A stretch of DNA of 62,838 nucleotides, counting the filler, from Stramenopiles sp. TOSAG23-3 (Eukaryota), in NCBI GenBank assembly GCA_900128585.1. It is 10 parts of 10 records of this genome, joined end to end, with 100 filler letters (N's around TTAATTAATTAA, not from the genome) between each part and the next. Parts side by side here need not be neighbours in the genome. Positions count along the whole stretch, not along the records: positions 9,448 to 18,751 come from LT642929.1; positions 18,852 to 28,150 come from LT642930.1; 8 more parts are not named here. One strand, 5' to 3'. The notes under the pieces were generated by a model that did not search any database, was not told where the DNA came from, and worked only from the letters and a program-made list of their open reading frames with translations. A program made the position numbers and the translations under genes. Positions 11,613 to 23,766 of this stretch are shown piece by piece. Numbering within the stretch: position 1 is the first letter of the stretch; each line of letters opens with the position of its first letter.

Positions 11613-12530
11613 TCATTCTTTCCTACTTGCGCGCTTGATAAATTCATACACGGATACCGTGACTAGGCCGCTTGGGGCCATCGACAAGACTCGAGCGGTC
11701 ATCCCTTTCAAAAATGCTCGTGGTCCTGCTTCTGCCAACAGCTCCTTGACAATGTTTTTATACGAAAGATAGCGGGGCGAGAGCTGTTTACGAACTTTTA
11801 TCACATCCATTGGGTTGGTTATAAACCCTGCGGTTGCCCCTGCGATACCACCTGACACACTCTGGCAAAATAGTTGCCGATAGTAGTCGTCCGCCAAAAC
11901 CCCATGCCCTGGCACGCGGTCAATTAGTTTCCTTTTGTAAATTCCGTACGATGTCCACCAGATTGCCGACGTGGGCATGTACGTCATAATCGATGCGCCA
12001 AATCCGCGGTAAAAACCTCGAACTGTGGAACCCCTTTCCACGTATATTTTTTTTACCTGGCCTTTCAAAGTCCTCTCTTCAATATTTGGATTGGGGTTTT
12101 TCAAAACTGCCATGCACTGAGATACCACGTCCGTCGGCACCACTATTACTTGACTGACCAGTGACGCCAAGCCTCCTGCGACCATGTCCGCAGAGCTTTG
12201 AGCCCAGCCTAACATAACAAATTTATTTCTCAAAAACTCGTAGGTGCCTACGTAAGCAGACCCTGCAACAAGACCAAAAGACTTCGGGACAAACCCTTTC
12301 CACAGGGAACGCGCACCTTCGTATTTCACTATTTTCCTAAACGCATCGTATGTCCCCTTGTAGACAACACTATCAAGCCCCTTTCCGGAGGACACCACGG
12401 TGTTTTGTAATTGAAGCCGGGTCTTTACAAGAGAAGGAGGGTACAGACAAAACCTAACCGCGAAGAAGCACGAAGGCCCTATGGTAAAATATTTTCTCTT
12501 GTCCAGCTGGTCCCAGTTAATATGCTCCAT
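11613..12530 (-). CDS. SLC25A44: Mitochondrial carrier, SLC25A44-like
   Basis: Three carrier repeats (PPSLVKTRLQ, PTDVVSQ, PMDVIKVR). The N-terminus 'INWDQLDKRKYF' is typical of SLC25A44. Confidence 0.82.
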   Translation of the reverse strand: MEHINWDQLDKRKYFTIGPSCFFAVRFCLYPPSLVKTRLQLQNTVVSSGKGLDSVVYKGTYDAFRKIVKYEGARSLWKGFVPKSFGLVAGSAYVGTYEFLRNKFVMLGWAQSSADMVAGGLASLVSQVIVVPTDVVSQCMAVLKNPNPNIEERTLKGQVKKIYVERGSTVRGFYRGFGASIMTYMPTSAIWWTSYGIYKRKLIDRVPGHGVLADDYYRQLFCQSVSGGIAGATAGFITNPMDVIKVRKQLSPRYLSYKNIVKELLAEAGPRAFLKGMTARVLSMAPSGLVTVSVYEFIKRASRKE

Positions 12531-14053
12531 CGCGTGAGCCCGAGAAACTGGTCCAAGAAAAGTGCCCTCTCTGGCCTCAGTTGTTCTCACAAGTTCGCCG
12601 CTGTCTCCTTTCAAACGCAGTGGACAGAATACCCTTCTTTCAAAAATTTCAATTTGATGAAAATGAAGCGTTTCCAAGTCTTAGCAGCATTTTTATATAT
12701 TTCTACTTCATTGATTGCAGCTTTTTTCAAAAAAGACGACCTCGCAGCCGCACGCCGCACCGCCGTCGACCTCCCTCTTTCTTGTCCTTGTCGTTCCCTC
12801 CATTTATCCGGGGGTGTCTTCTTGGCATATTATTATTATGATTTATATATTATTGTCCATTATAATGTACACACCACTACTACGACTTATCGGTAGTTCT
12901 CTTGAATAATAGTACATTCAATCTATTTTTTACATTTACATAATCAGAGCACCGTTTATAAATTAGTAGGAAGGGGGAAGGAAGTGAATTACTTCGGACT
13001 TCCAAAGGGTGGTTGTGTAACTTTTGGGGAAAACCGGTATAACCCTAACATTAACCCCATATAATAATTAATATGAGGAGTCCTCGTAGAGTATAAAAAA
13101 AATAATAATAAAAAATTGAAAATATGATTCAAAGCTTATTATATATTTAACGTTTGTTGCCTGTACCGTACCTGTACGTATAATATCGCTGGTCGCTGGT
13201 GGTTTTTTTTTTTATTTCATAGTCAGACTGTTTGTACGACGGGTATTTAATAATAATAAAACGAGGTATTATATATTATTATACTACCACCAGGTACGGA
13301 ACCTTTGCCGGTAGAATGAAATGTGGTCTGCGTACTTTTAGTTGTTTATTGTTCTTTCAAAGTTTGTTAGACGATTACATATTGTATACCCGAAGGACTG
13401 AAATTTAAAATTGTTCATTTATGCGTGATCAACTAGAACAACTGAAAAACTTTGGATTGGGAAAGTGTGCGTTATATGAAAATCCTTGAATGGTTGATAA
13501 GAGCATTCGTTTGATACTGCGGCGGCCACATTCGGGTTGAAAAGAATAATAAAAATGACTATTCTTTACGTTTGTTTTCTAGAGAATGACGAGGACGGAG
13601 ATATGGTATCACGATGACACGACGGGCGACGGATGTGGTGACATAAATTAACTTTTACTTTTTAATTCGGAAGGAAAGAAATATTAAGGCTATGATATGA
13701 TATCATAGGAAAACATCACATTGCATCGCATGGAAAATAATTATTAACACGCATAAAATAAGGGCTTAGATAAACTGAATTACAGGGGTCCTTTTTTTTA
13801 ATCCAAAAACAATATTGACTCGTCCTCGGCTGGGTCCCCTTCAATTTCTGCAAATTTAAGACGTTGCTTCACAAAACGTACTTAAGGCAGCTACAAAAAT
13901 GACTGCGGTGACAAATGTTTTGAATTCTTTGGGCTCATTTAACAAAATCGCCCTCTTCAAAACCCAGTCATGACATGGGTAAGCAATTCCAATTTTCGTC
14001 ACCAGCAGGTCTACCTTTTCTATTTTTTTTAGTTTAGTCAAAAGTGCGATGAC

Positions 14054-15805
14054 CTAGGATTGATAGAATGTCGATTGTGCTGTGTCCTGCAAACTTTTCT
14101 CAATAAGTTTTGCCATTTCTTTCACAGAAAAAAAAGAACTTGTGTATGGCTTGAACAGGCCCAGTGCTTGCTGTTTAGAAGAAAGCACATCTTGCACTGA
14201 GACGTCCGCCCTCAGTATTCTCTCCATATCGCTGGGGTTAAATGTGGAACTTGCGTTCTTTAAATTTTCAGCATCTGCGCCGCAAGTCACATACTGCCGT
14301 CTGGCTTTCATTAACTGTTTTTGCAGTGCAAGCAACCGCATTGGCAGGGGTACCACGCTTCCGGCATCTTTTGCAGCAGTTTTGCCTGAAAGATATTTTC
14401 GGCTTTCTTTGGGCAATCTTTCCACTGGAGCACGCACGGGTATTTTATCGAAAGAAATTGAAGATGATCGTCGCTTTCTTTCTCTGGAGCCCATTCGCTT
14501 CCGTGGATTCCCATCTTTAGACAAAGCCGTAGGGTTGATGGCCAATGCGGTTATCATTTGTTGTCCGTACGAAAGGCAGGATATTCCTAGTGTCTCGCGC
14601 GATGCCTGTAGCATAGGCGCGACGTCCTCTTGCAATATTTTCATTACAATGGATCCTTTCTTCAGCTTTTCCGCCCCTTGCTTTTTCCCAGATGGTCGCT
14701 TCATTTCTGCTCTCATTTTCCGGGCCACAGTGAGCAAAGATGTATCGTTTTGCTCTCGTATCTTTAGCTGCTCGTGAACCGTTTTCATAACGTGGCGGAG
14801 TTTAAATCTATACTTGTGTTCGACCTTGCTCCATTTTCTACAGAGCGCATCCAGACGTGCCCCTTTGCACACAAGCCAACCCCTTACTAGACGCTGTGCT
14901 TGGATGATTCTGTAACGATACATTTGAATGGCGACATTCACCTTTGTGAAATGGGTGAATTGTGAAATGTACCACCGGACTATTTTTGCCTTCTGGCGTC
15001 TAACTTTCGCCCGCATGTTAAACTTTATCCGAAGAAAAAAAAATGGAAAAATCTTGTTCACGTTGCGAGTGAGCAACCCCATCCTATAAGTATAGTAATT
15101 TTTCCAGTTGCGCTGGATAATTAAGGAAGCCCGCCGCTCTTTAATGGTCCTTCTACCGTTCAATTTTGTTGATCGCATTAGATTATAGACGACAATTCCA
15201 CTATTGCACAACGTAATAAGAGCAAACCATCGTTTTTGCATTTCCAACCGCTGGGTCTTTTTCATGTCTCGCAAAGGTTTCATTTCGTGGCGAATTAAAT
15301 TATTTATTTTCTTACTTTCTACCGTTTTTCTGTTTCTTTTTCTTTTTTTCGTGTGCTTCGTTAAAGGCCGCAACTTTCTGTATGTCTGGTGGCGACTTTT
15401 GGGAGGGTGGTACTGAATATTAATCGTGAAATCATTTAATTTGGTCGACTTTATGAATGGTAGCAACTCTGTCAAGTACATGCTAGGTAATTTTTGTATG
15501 GAAGATTTGAAGATTTGTTTGTCTGACAACTTTCTCATTTTTGGAGAACCGTCAGACGGCGACTTCGCGGACTTGTTCGCCGGGTTCTTCTGCGATTTCA
15601 AAAGTGGCTCCGACTTCGATGTTTCTAGACCATTTTCCAACGGCAATAAAAGAGTGGGCAAAGAACCTCCTCCCATGGGGCCTTCATAATCAGGGAAACG
15701 GAATTCATCGCTGCCCAAAAAATTATCCCCATTTGTAAGTGTCACATAATTTGGGCGCTGATAATTGTCCTCTTCACACGATGGATTCCATGCAACCCTC
15801 ATCAT
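14054..15805 (-). CDS. Hypothetical basic protein with IQ-like calmodulin-binding motifs
   Basis: 583-aa ORF with 'IIQRNWKNY' and 'IIQAQRLVRGWL' IQ-like motifs. The 5' end is uncertain. Confidence 0.65.
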   Translation of the reverse strand: MMRVAWNPSCEEDNYQRPNYVTLTNGDNFLGSDEFRFPDYEGPMGGGSLPTLLLPLENGLETSKSEPLLKSQKNPANKSAKSPSDGSPKMRKLSDKQIFKSSIQKLPSMYLTELLPFIKSTKLNDFTINIQYHPPKSRHQTYRKLRPLTKHTKKRKRNRKTVESKKINNLIRHEMKPLRDMKKTQRLEMQKRWFALITLCNSGIVVYNLMRSTKLNGRRTIKERRASLIIQRNWKNYYTYRMGLLTRNVNKIFPFFFLRIKFNMRAKVRRQKAKIVRWYISQFTHFTKVNVAIQMYRYRIIQAQRLVRGWLVCKGARLDALCRKWSKVEHKYRFKLRHVMKTVHEQLKIREQNDTSLLTVARKMRAEMKRPSGKKQGAEKLKKGSIVMKILQEDVAPMLQASRETLGISCLSYGQQMITALAINPTALSKDGNPRKRMGSRERKRRSSSISFDKIPVRAPVERLPKESRKYLSGKTAAKDAGSVVPLPMRLLALQKQLMKARRQYVTCGADAENLKNASSTFNPSDMERILRADVSVQDVLSSKQQALGLFKPYTSSFFSVKEMAKLIEKSLQDTAQSTFYQS

Positions 15806-16472
15806 TGTTGGAGAGGGGAGCGCCTTTGCAATATCGCCCTTCTCTTTCTTGTCTATGGTTTGCGAAACGATTTTGAACTACGGGGGAGCTTTTTTTTCAT
15901 TGAAATCTTTTCTTCGATCTGAAAAAGTAAATGATAATGGATTAAGAATTATTAATATGTATAATATATTATTATAAATATATGTCGTGCCTTATTTTTT
16001 TCTTTATTCGTCCATACTACTACTACTATTAAAAACACTATATACAATTCCCCTCTTCTTCTTCTTCTTTTCTCTTTTTTAGAAGAAGAAGAAGAAAAAA
16101 ACGGATCCTTTTTTTTTATTTCCTGTGTTAATAATAAATAGTGTTACCGTACGGGTTCCCTAGTTGATTTATTGTTCTGCTGTATAGATCTGCAATGCTG
16201 TGTTCTGTATCAAATTTTGATAATGCTGTGTCTATATTTATTACTTTCAGCACTTTTTCATTAAGTTTATACTTTGTATTTAATTATTTTTTACTTAAAA
16301 TATAAAACCGCAAACAAGCGCACTTCAAAATAATTTGAAAACAATTTAAAGAGAAAACAGGAGATAAAATTTACGAGCAATAGCTAAGGGGGTGTATGCG
16401 AATTAAAAATTCATTTCCTCTTCTTTCCATCCACCTCCCCTCAATCTATGGGGGCGATGGGACGACCTCCTC

Positions 16473-18026
16473 CTATTCTCTTAACTTCATGTTCAAATAA
16501 ATTCCGTCTGTAGGGTACTCCACAAATTTAAAGATTTTGGCGTCGGGGAGCTGGTGTTTCTGGCCGCTCTGTTGAATGTCATACTTGCTTATTATGTTCG
16601 TTAAAGCAATTTTCACAAATGTTACTGCAAGATAACGCCCTGGGCATCCGCGAGGACCACTGCTGAATGGCATGAAGCAGTTGTCTGTGTCCAGCATTAC
16701 CATGTCTAAGGTAGTTCGTGACGGGTTGAACACTCCCGAGTTTTCAAAATACATATTATTCTCGTGTACAGAATGGATGCACACACAAACGTTCGTGTTG
16801 GTTGGAATATGGTAACCATCCAAGACTAGCCCTCCGCGCTTCGCGCGCCGCTGCACCAGTGTAACTGGGCTAAACAACCGAAGGCCTTCCATAACCACTG
16901 CATCCAAATATGAATCGTCCGTAATGTAATCGGCTAAAGCACCTTCCTTCACAGCCTTAACGTTGGACCCCTCGAACATGTTCCTGGAGGCAATTTCGTC
17001 AAATAGGTTGCTTTGAATTGACTTCTGTTCAGACAACTCCACCAATAGTTTCCCCAGCACGTGGATCGGCGCCTCGCATGCAGCAAATAAACCATTCAGC
17101 ATAGTCGTATTCATTTCTTCCAGACTTAAACCAAAGTCCAACATCACCCCCAAAAGTGACGATTCCGTAATTCCGCTAATATTGTTAGTTTTCGAATGTT
17201 GCACAAACTTTTTTGTCACCTTCAACCCGGCATCTTCTACTAATTTCATAAACTTTTCGTCTTCTGGGCTAATCTGCTCTGTAAACATGGGCGTCGTGTA
17301 CCGGTTCACAAAATGCTGCAAGCATATTGTCGCCGCCCCGTACAGGTTGTCCAATTCTTCGCGCACAACGTCAATCACGTCGCCGCACATGATAACGGAT
17401 ACCATGCTGAACACCAGGAGGTGCAACCTGTTGAGCGAGTCACTGGTCTGCTCAGCCCCTTGATCAATCTTCAGAAGGTCGTAATGTGATGGCCAATGTT
17501 TCTCTAAAACCTCACAACATATCGCGTGGAACTTTGGAACCAACGATTCGCCCGACATGAAACATTTTTTCAACCCTTGGCGCCTCGTAGAGTTGTCGGA
17601 GCTGCCGAAAACTTTCGAACTTGCAAACAGTGGCTGGATCAAATTCTTGAAATACTGCACGTATGGGGTGGAATTTGAATCCGCGTCTGCGAAAGTCTTG
17701 TCAAAAAGATCTTCGGAGGTCAGGACTTTCTTTACGACCGACGGTTTTCTGACAAACACAAAATCGGTGCCTTTTAAATTAATTTTTATGATATCCCCGT
17801 ACGTGTTATGCAAAGACGATATATATTTGTGGTTCCCCGTTCGGTACGATACCATGTCAAATTCTTTCGGCCCGGGAATAGCACCGTAATCACGATGACC
17901 CACCATGTGCGCATATATGCGCGTTATACGGCGAGCCGCTTCGTTGTTTTCCCCGTTTGAAGGAACGCTTCTACGTTCCCCCCCTTCTCCCCGTTTCTGA
18001 TACTGATGGAAAGGGCACTTCTTCAT
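16473..18026 (-). CDS. Cytochrome P450 (atypical I-helix, no N-terminal anchor)
   Basis: Heme motif FSSGPRGCPG, K-helix EGLR and meander FNPSR. First ATG (MKKCPFH) at 18026. Confidence 0.92.
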   Translation of the reverse strand: MKKCPFHQYQKRGEGGERRSVPSNGENNEAARRITRIYAHMVGHRDYGAIPGPKEFDMVSYRTGNHKYISSLHNTYGDIIKINLKGTDFVFVRKPSVVKKVLTSEDLFDKTFADADSNSTPYVQYFKNLIQPLFASSKVFGSSDNSTRRQGLKKCFMSGESLVPKFHAICCEVLEKHWPSHYDLLKIDQGAEQTSDSLNRLHLLVFSMVSVIMCGDVIDVVREELDNLYGAATICLQHFVNRYTTPMFTEQISPEDEKFMKLVEDAGLKVTKKFVQHSKTNNISGITESSLLGVMLDFGLSLEEMNTTMLNGLFAACEAPIHVLGKLLVELSEQKSIQSNLFDEIASRNMFEGSNVKAVKEGALADYITDDSYLDAVVMEGLRLFSPVTLVQRRAKRGGLVLDGYHIPTNTNVCVCIHSVHENNMYFENSGVFNPSRTTLDMVMLDTDNCFMPFSSGPRGCPGRYLAVTFVKIALTNIISKYDIQQSGQKHQLPDAKIFKFVEYPTDGIYLNMKLRE

Positions 18027-20049
18027 GGCATATGTGTCCAACTGAAACTACGGAGTCCGGGACGCTTACACGTCACGCAGCAAATATCAAGTATATATTT
18101 TTACACCCTTTTGGTGGTTTCTAATGAAATTAGATCTTGTCGTGCACGACGTCAACTGTTCCTGACATACATCTACATACCGTTTCGTTGATTACCCAAC
18201 GTCTCCAACATAAATATACAGTATACGTATATGAAATGAAGCTGTAAGGTGTAAGTTGCCGAACGAAAGAATTATTGTTGGATATAATATTTTGGTATAA
18301 TAGTCTAATAACTACTACTCCTCCTCATAATAAACTGTGCTGAAAATTTTACATTATTTCCAAGTTTTATAGTGTTACAGCAGCAGTGTAAAAAAAAAAT
18401 ATTGTAGACAAGCAAAGAAGAAGAAAGAAGAAGAAGAAGAAGAAGAAGAAAGAAGAAAGAAGAAAAAGAAGAATGAAAATATTCAATGTCAAGATCATGA
18501 ATGGTCAGTAATAATATTGGAAGAAATTTATTTGATACTGTTTTACTGCACACAAGAGTAACGAAGAAGTATTTCCTCCTTCTACGATTAGTATACGCAT
18601 AGTATGGGGGGGAAACTTATAATCATTTTGGCCACCAATCCAGGCAGAAACAAAAAATTGTACTTGTAATGGACATTATTGTACTTAACCGGTTTTGTGT
18701 CCAGAGGGGTGCGTATGTGTGTGAACTTTTTTTAATTAAAAAACTAGCAGGNNNNNNNNNNNNNNNNNNNNNNNNNNNNNNNNNNNNNNNNNNNNTTAAT
18801 TAATTAANNNNNNNNNNNNNNNNNNNNNNNNNNNNNNNNNNNNNNNNNNNNATCTTTACGATTGCCAATAGAGGTTATAAAAAATACTGATGTCGGTTAT
18901 AAGCCTTGTGTAGATAAATCTACTTAAATATGCCCAATGTTTATATTTCACAAGAACGATTTGTTGGTGTCTACTTCTTTATTTATTCGGCTCACTTCAT
19001 TCCTGTTTGTTTGTATATTTCTTTTGTTTAGCTTTCTCTTCTTCTTCTTCTTTTTTTTGTATTATGTGTCTGTGTATGTCGTATTGTTTTTTTGTTGTTG
19101 TATAAAATATACTTTATTTCTACTTCCTTCCTACTACAGCTTTATTATTACTCTCTATTATTCTGTTGTTAGTTATTACGTACCGAACCGTATCAACCTG
19201 TGCCAGTTTAGTAGTACTGCTGTACAAAATAATAAAAATAATAAAAACAACTACTCTCCTCTAAATATAGAGTTACAACAATTTATTCCTAGTATTATTT
19301 ATATGTATTGCCTATTTATTGTACAACAACATATAATTGGGAAGGATGGGCGTTACAGGGAAGAATGCATTCAAAATAATGCTGTGTCTATATATATTAC
19401 ATAAAAGAAAGAATGCAACGGCCTGATTCCTGATTGATTCTCTTACTTTTTTCTTCTTCCTTTTTCTTCTTCTTACTTTCTTTCTTTCTTTCTTTCTTAC
19501 TTTTTATTTAAATTTATAATAGGGAATACAAACGGTATTCTTTAAATCGTACCAAAGCTGAAAGTGGACGACCATACCTGTGCCCTGTGCCCTGTGCCCT
19601 GTATTATAATTTATATTGGTGTGTTTAGTAAAGAGAGTACCAGTCCTCGTAGTATAAATACAAATACGAGGAAGGATTTCAGATCATCCTCAATGTGATA
19701 ATAGGAAGGGAAAGACTAAGTACGGTAAGATTAATCAGAGAAAAGGATAATGATGATAACATTAGGGTTAGGGTTTCATTCTTTTTAATCTAACTTAAAA
19801 AGGCAGTTTCATTCCGAATTCAGAGTAAAGTTATTTTCTATACTGTATGCCTGTTAATTAAAATGGAAAAGAAACCGAAGAAAGAAGAAAAGAGTGTTTT
19901 GTTGTTGTTGCTGTTGTAGTATTTATTTTATTAATTAATACCGGTACGTACAGGTATTATTAATTCCTATAGTAAATAGAGTTAACATATTAGTTTAAAT
20001 GAATTACATCATCTATATAGACTATATATCACATGAGATGTGGTGGTGA

Positions 20050-20137
20050 GAAGAAGAAGAAGAAGAAAGAAGAAGAAGAAGAAGAAGAAGAAGAAGAAGA
20101 AGAAGAAGAAGAAGAAGAAGAAAGAAGAAGAAGAAGA
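20050..20137. repeat. (GAA)n microsatellite
   Basis: Nearly pure GAA run. Confidence 0.92.
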
Positions 20138-20378
20138 TGTTTCATTCTATATACGTACTCCATTCAGTATATTCCCCTAATAATATGTCGAATTTCGTTT
20201 CTTCATCCCTTTCTTCTTGCGTTCGAACTTATACAAGAAGATCTTTCACGTCTGCCCAGTATTGAATCAATACGTTATTCCGTTCTGCGCCAAACGATAC
20301 CTTTGCATACTTTCGTTTAGATTCTGCGGTTGGGACAGGAAGAGAAAGGGAAGAACTTGTGTGACGTGAAAGACAACA

Positions 20379-21431
20379 ATGGACCTTGATGACAGTTTAG
20401 TACCAATGCCTGCCGGCGATCACGCCGCTGAGGACTCGCTCTTTTCCCCGCAAATAAGCGATAGACGGGCATCAAGTCCTGACGATATATCCTGGGAGCA
20501 AGAATCCAAGCCTCTGACAAACATTGTGTCCCTCGCCGAAATAGAACGGTGCATACCGCCGAACATTCTTTTGCAGTTCATCTCTGCGTATTTGGTGCAA
20601 GCGCCTACAGTCCTTCAAGTTATCCACGAGTATAGAAATCGAACGTGGGGGCCAGAGGAGCACACGACGATCAAAATTTTTTGTAGTTTATCAGTTTGTT
20701 TGTTAGGATTGCCAGCCAAACGGGCGGCAGTCAAGTGGGCAGAAAAGCAATTGGAATCAGTCTCCAGCAACCCAGAAGCGTCCGAATACAGAAGGCTGGT
20801 ACAAAGCTGGCACAAAGCGCTGAAGAAAGAAAGTACAGTTGACAATGCGGAGAACAGGAGAGAGAGGAACAGCGCGCTGATCGAGCAAATGAAGATGAAT
20901 CAGAAAGGAAAAATACTGAAGATGCGCGACAAATATGACATCGGGCGAAACAAAGAGAAAGAACGACTGGAAGTACTAAGAAAGTATACAAAGGGTTACC
21001 CAAGTTTAGCCTTCTCGGGGGGGAAGAAAATTAAAGTAGAAACAGTAATAAAGCTTGGAGATTTAAAGTCAGGGAAAAAGAAGAGTTTACGCGGGCGCAC
21101 AAGAGCCACCGTAGCATTAAAAATGTTTTTTCCCAACCGCGAGGACAAGAAAATATACAAACGATTAGAGAGGATTCGAAAGTTTAAGAGCGCTTCAAAC
21201 AAAGTCAAACAATCGCTCGGTGCGATGGCAGCATTCCAATTGGGTTCTCCGAAGAATAGTCCGCCGAATAGTCCGCCGAATAGTCCTGAAACGCTGCTGA
21301 TTCCGACTTCCAAAAACGCAGGCAGCAAAAAGACTTTTCCTCACCCGAAACCCCCGGCGGGAAGCAGTAATGTATTAAAAATCCGCAGCGCGAACGTAAT
21401 GAATCGGTTGAGCAACACTAAAAGCAGTTGA
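20379..21431 (+). CDS. Hypothetical protein (basic C-terminus with NSPP repeats)
   Basis: 350-aa ATG-started ORF with coding-like composition between AT-rich flanks. No domain recognised. Confidence 0.65.
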   Translation: MDLDDSLVPMPAGDHAAEDSLFSPQISDRRASSPDDISWEQESKPLTNIVSLAEIERCIPPNILLQFISAYLVQAPTVLQVIHEYRNRTWGPEEHTTIKIFCSLSVCLLGLPAKRAAVKWAEKQLESVSSNPEASEYRRLVQSWHKALKKESTVDNAENRRERNSALIEQMKMNQKGKILKMRDKYDIGRNKEKERLEVLRKYTKGYPSLAFSGGKKIKVETVIKLGDLKSGKKKSLRGRTRATVALKMFFPNREDKKIYKRLERIRKFKSASNKVKQSLGAMAAFQLGSPKNSPPNSPPNSPETLLIPTSKNAGSKKTFPHPKPPAGSSNVLKIRSANVMNRLSNTKSS

Positions 21432-22170
21432 ATTTTTTAAAACAATTATTTGGTAATAATAATATAATAAATACAATATTATATTATTAACCAACAACAA
21501 CAACAGTCTCGTACATACAGTACCAGGTAGTATTATAATAAGGCGAACAATGCCTATAATATAATGTACATAATAATACGTTCTTCGTTCTTCTTCGTTC
21601 GTCGTTCGTTCGTTCGATAGTGTGATTGACATTATATAGTGTCCCTCCTGAAAAAAAGAAAGAAAAAAAGAAGAAGAAAGAAGAAGAAGTCTTCTTCTCC
21701 TATTAAGGTAATACATTATTATTCCAATTATAATAAATATCCATCCTTACCATCTAATAATCTAGACTATCTCATTTATTCGTTGCAGTGTACGGAGAAT
21801 AAGGACAGCAGAGGAAGGGAGAAGGGGGGGATTCTTCCCAAGTAGTTTGATGCTGGTGGTGGGTTGGGTTATTATATAATAAATACTATTTATATAATAC
21901 ACAAATCATCGTCATCATCATCTCCCAGATTTTTTTTCTTCTCTTGCTTCTCTTTCGTTCTTCTTCGTTATTATATTATTATAGAGTTTGACTCCTCTTT
22001 AGTTTTACTACTCATTTGCGAGGCAGTAAAAGATTGTTTCTTGTGGGAGAAATTTCTCTCGGGTCTTGAACAAACATGGCAGACAGCTAATTTTTGGAAA
22101 TGTTATTGGGAACAAATAGATATCCAAACACGCGTACTGCTATTATATTTACAGTATCAGTGGCGAAACA

Positions 22171-23616
22171 ATGCTTCACTCGGTGACCCCATGGGACTCT
22201 TCCCATTCCCCGCGAACACTAGAAGCGACACCCATACGCCAAACTCGAAGCACACGCCTGCGTACACTTGTCAAAACAAAATGTATGACCCTTCGGGGGT
22301 ATTTTCCATTGCCGCCATCTAAACCTAGGGCTTCCCCCACCAACAAACTAGGGTTTAGCAGCGGCGATAGGAGAAACCGATACGGGCGGCCACCTCCCGC
22401 CGTCTCGCAGAAAGTTCGAATGCCTAGGGGAACAACCAAACTTTTGACACACGGGACTTTTGAAGCAAATAGTTTTGATGCCGATCAAGAGGCGCGATGT
22501 AGCAATGTGGTTTCCAGCTCTGATTTCAAAGATGCAATATGGCCATGGTGGTGTAGATTGCAGCGAGATCAAAGCGGAACGGCGTTAAAAAAAGATAGTT
22601 ACCTGCTCATTTCATGCCGTATATTTAAGTTGCTTCTTGGTTCAAGAGGTATCCCGGACCAAAAGTTGTTGGAATCGGCTGAGCTCGATTGGCAGACAGA
22701 GATGCTCCTCGTTGACCCATTGGCTACAAAAATTAGCCAACGGCATTTTTATCGCTCCATGTTTCAAATAGCGGACATGTGGGCATTGTCGAACGATATC
22801 GACGAGCTGTGTACATTTCTAGGGGAACTATTTGTTAAAATCCAGAGGACTGTGGGTTTCCATTTTCCAAGGTCAGACAAAGAGGATTGTTTTAGCATTT
22901 TCAGTGGCAACAATCGCTCCACGTCCAGTCTAAAATCTTTTCCCAGCCAATTTGAGTCCCTGTACATGGTAGAGGAGTCCAATCGTTGGCCTGATCAGCA
23001 GCAGGGCAAGACTGGATTTTCGTTTGGTCTCCGTCGTCCAATCCCCTTGCCGGATACCTCCTCTTTCCCCGGCCCCACTTCGTACAAGCCAAAGTACACC
23101 TCGATCGCCTCGGTGGACCCCAAAGGGAGCCCTGGGAAACACGGAGCAGCCTTTGGTTGCGGGCCTAAAAGTTGGACCGACAGCATGGCGTTTGCGTCTA
23201 TGGCTGGCCACGCGGGGTTTCTAAACCCCCCTTACGACATTGGCTGGCCAACGTTGCGGGACGATGATGGGGAGAGGCCACCGTTGAGCTTCTGGCGCCC
23301 AACTCCCATCAAGCCAAGAAGGAGAACAAAAAGCCAGAAATACTACGATCAGCGTAACGAGAGAAGGACAACAGAGGTGCGAGCGCAAAGCAAGGCGCGC
23401 AAGTTGGCGAAATCGTTCCCCCGGTACAAAGCTATCAGCGAGCTAAAATTGCACAGGCAAAACAAACTGCACGACACCGCAACGCTGAATAAGTTTGCAG
23501 ACGACACGACGAACGCGGAGTTGTGGGCTCATGACATCCTCGCCGACAGCGAAGCCCAGAAATTACTGTTGAAAATAAAGAAAAACCCGAGTTTTGGTGT
23601 TCTGCCAGTTTCGTAA
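22171..23616 (+). CDS. Hypothetical protein with a possible SHIPPO/STPG-type PGP repeat
   Basis: 481-aa ORF. 'GFSFG...FPGPTSYKP' resembles the sperm-tail PG-rich repeat, and there is a helical 'MFQIADMW' segment. Confidence 0.62.
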   Translation: MLHSVTPWDSSHSPRTLEATPIRQTRSTRLRTLVKTKCMTLRGYFPLPPSKPRASPTNKLGFSSGDRRNRYGRPPPAVSQKVRMPRGTTKLLTHGTFEANSFDADQEARCSNVVSSSDFKDAIWPWWCRLQRDQSGTALKKDSYLLISCRIFKLLLGSRGIPDQKLLESAELDWQTEMLLVDPLATKISQRHFYRSMFQIADMWALSNDIDELCTFLGELFVKIQRTVGFHFPRSDKEDCFSIFSGNNRSTSSLKSFPSQFESLYMVEESNRWPDQQQGKTGFSFGLRRPIPLPDTSSFPGPTSYKPKYTSIASVDPKGSPGKHGAAFGCGPKSWTDSMAFASMAGHAGFLNPPYDIGWPTLRDDDGERPPLSFWRPTPIKPRRRTKSQKYYDQRNERRTTEVRAQSKARKLAKSFPRYKAISELKLHRQNKLHDTATLNKFADDTTNAELWAHDILADSEAQKLLLKIKKNPSFGVLPVS

Positions 23617-23766
23617 AACGTGCACACGAAGTTTGATTAGTACGAAAACGTATTATCATTTTTACAAAAAAATTGTTTTAATTAAACTGCCTGATACAGT
23701 GTTACGAGGCACGCCTTTAAAAGAAGGTTTTCATTTTTTTTAAACTTTACAGAAGTGGTAACCAAT

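Noticed and set aside
13856..14041. Short ORFs in intergenic DNA (also 29051-29239, 33744-33935, 44688-44909)
   Set aside because: Short, without ATG starts or recognisable motifs. They may be relics but cannot be supported.
19762..19775. TTAGGGTTAGGG and scattered AACCCTAA words (~2674, ~13041, ~33618)
   Set aside because: At most two units and internal, so too short to call telomeric.
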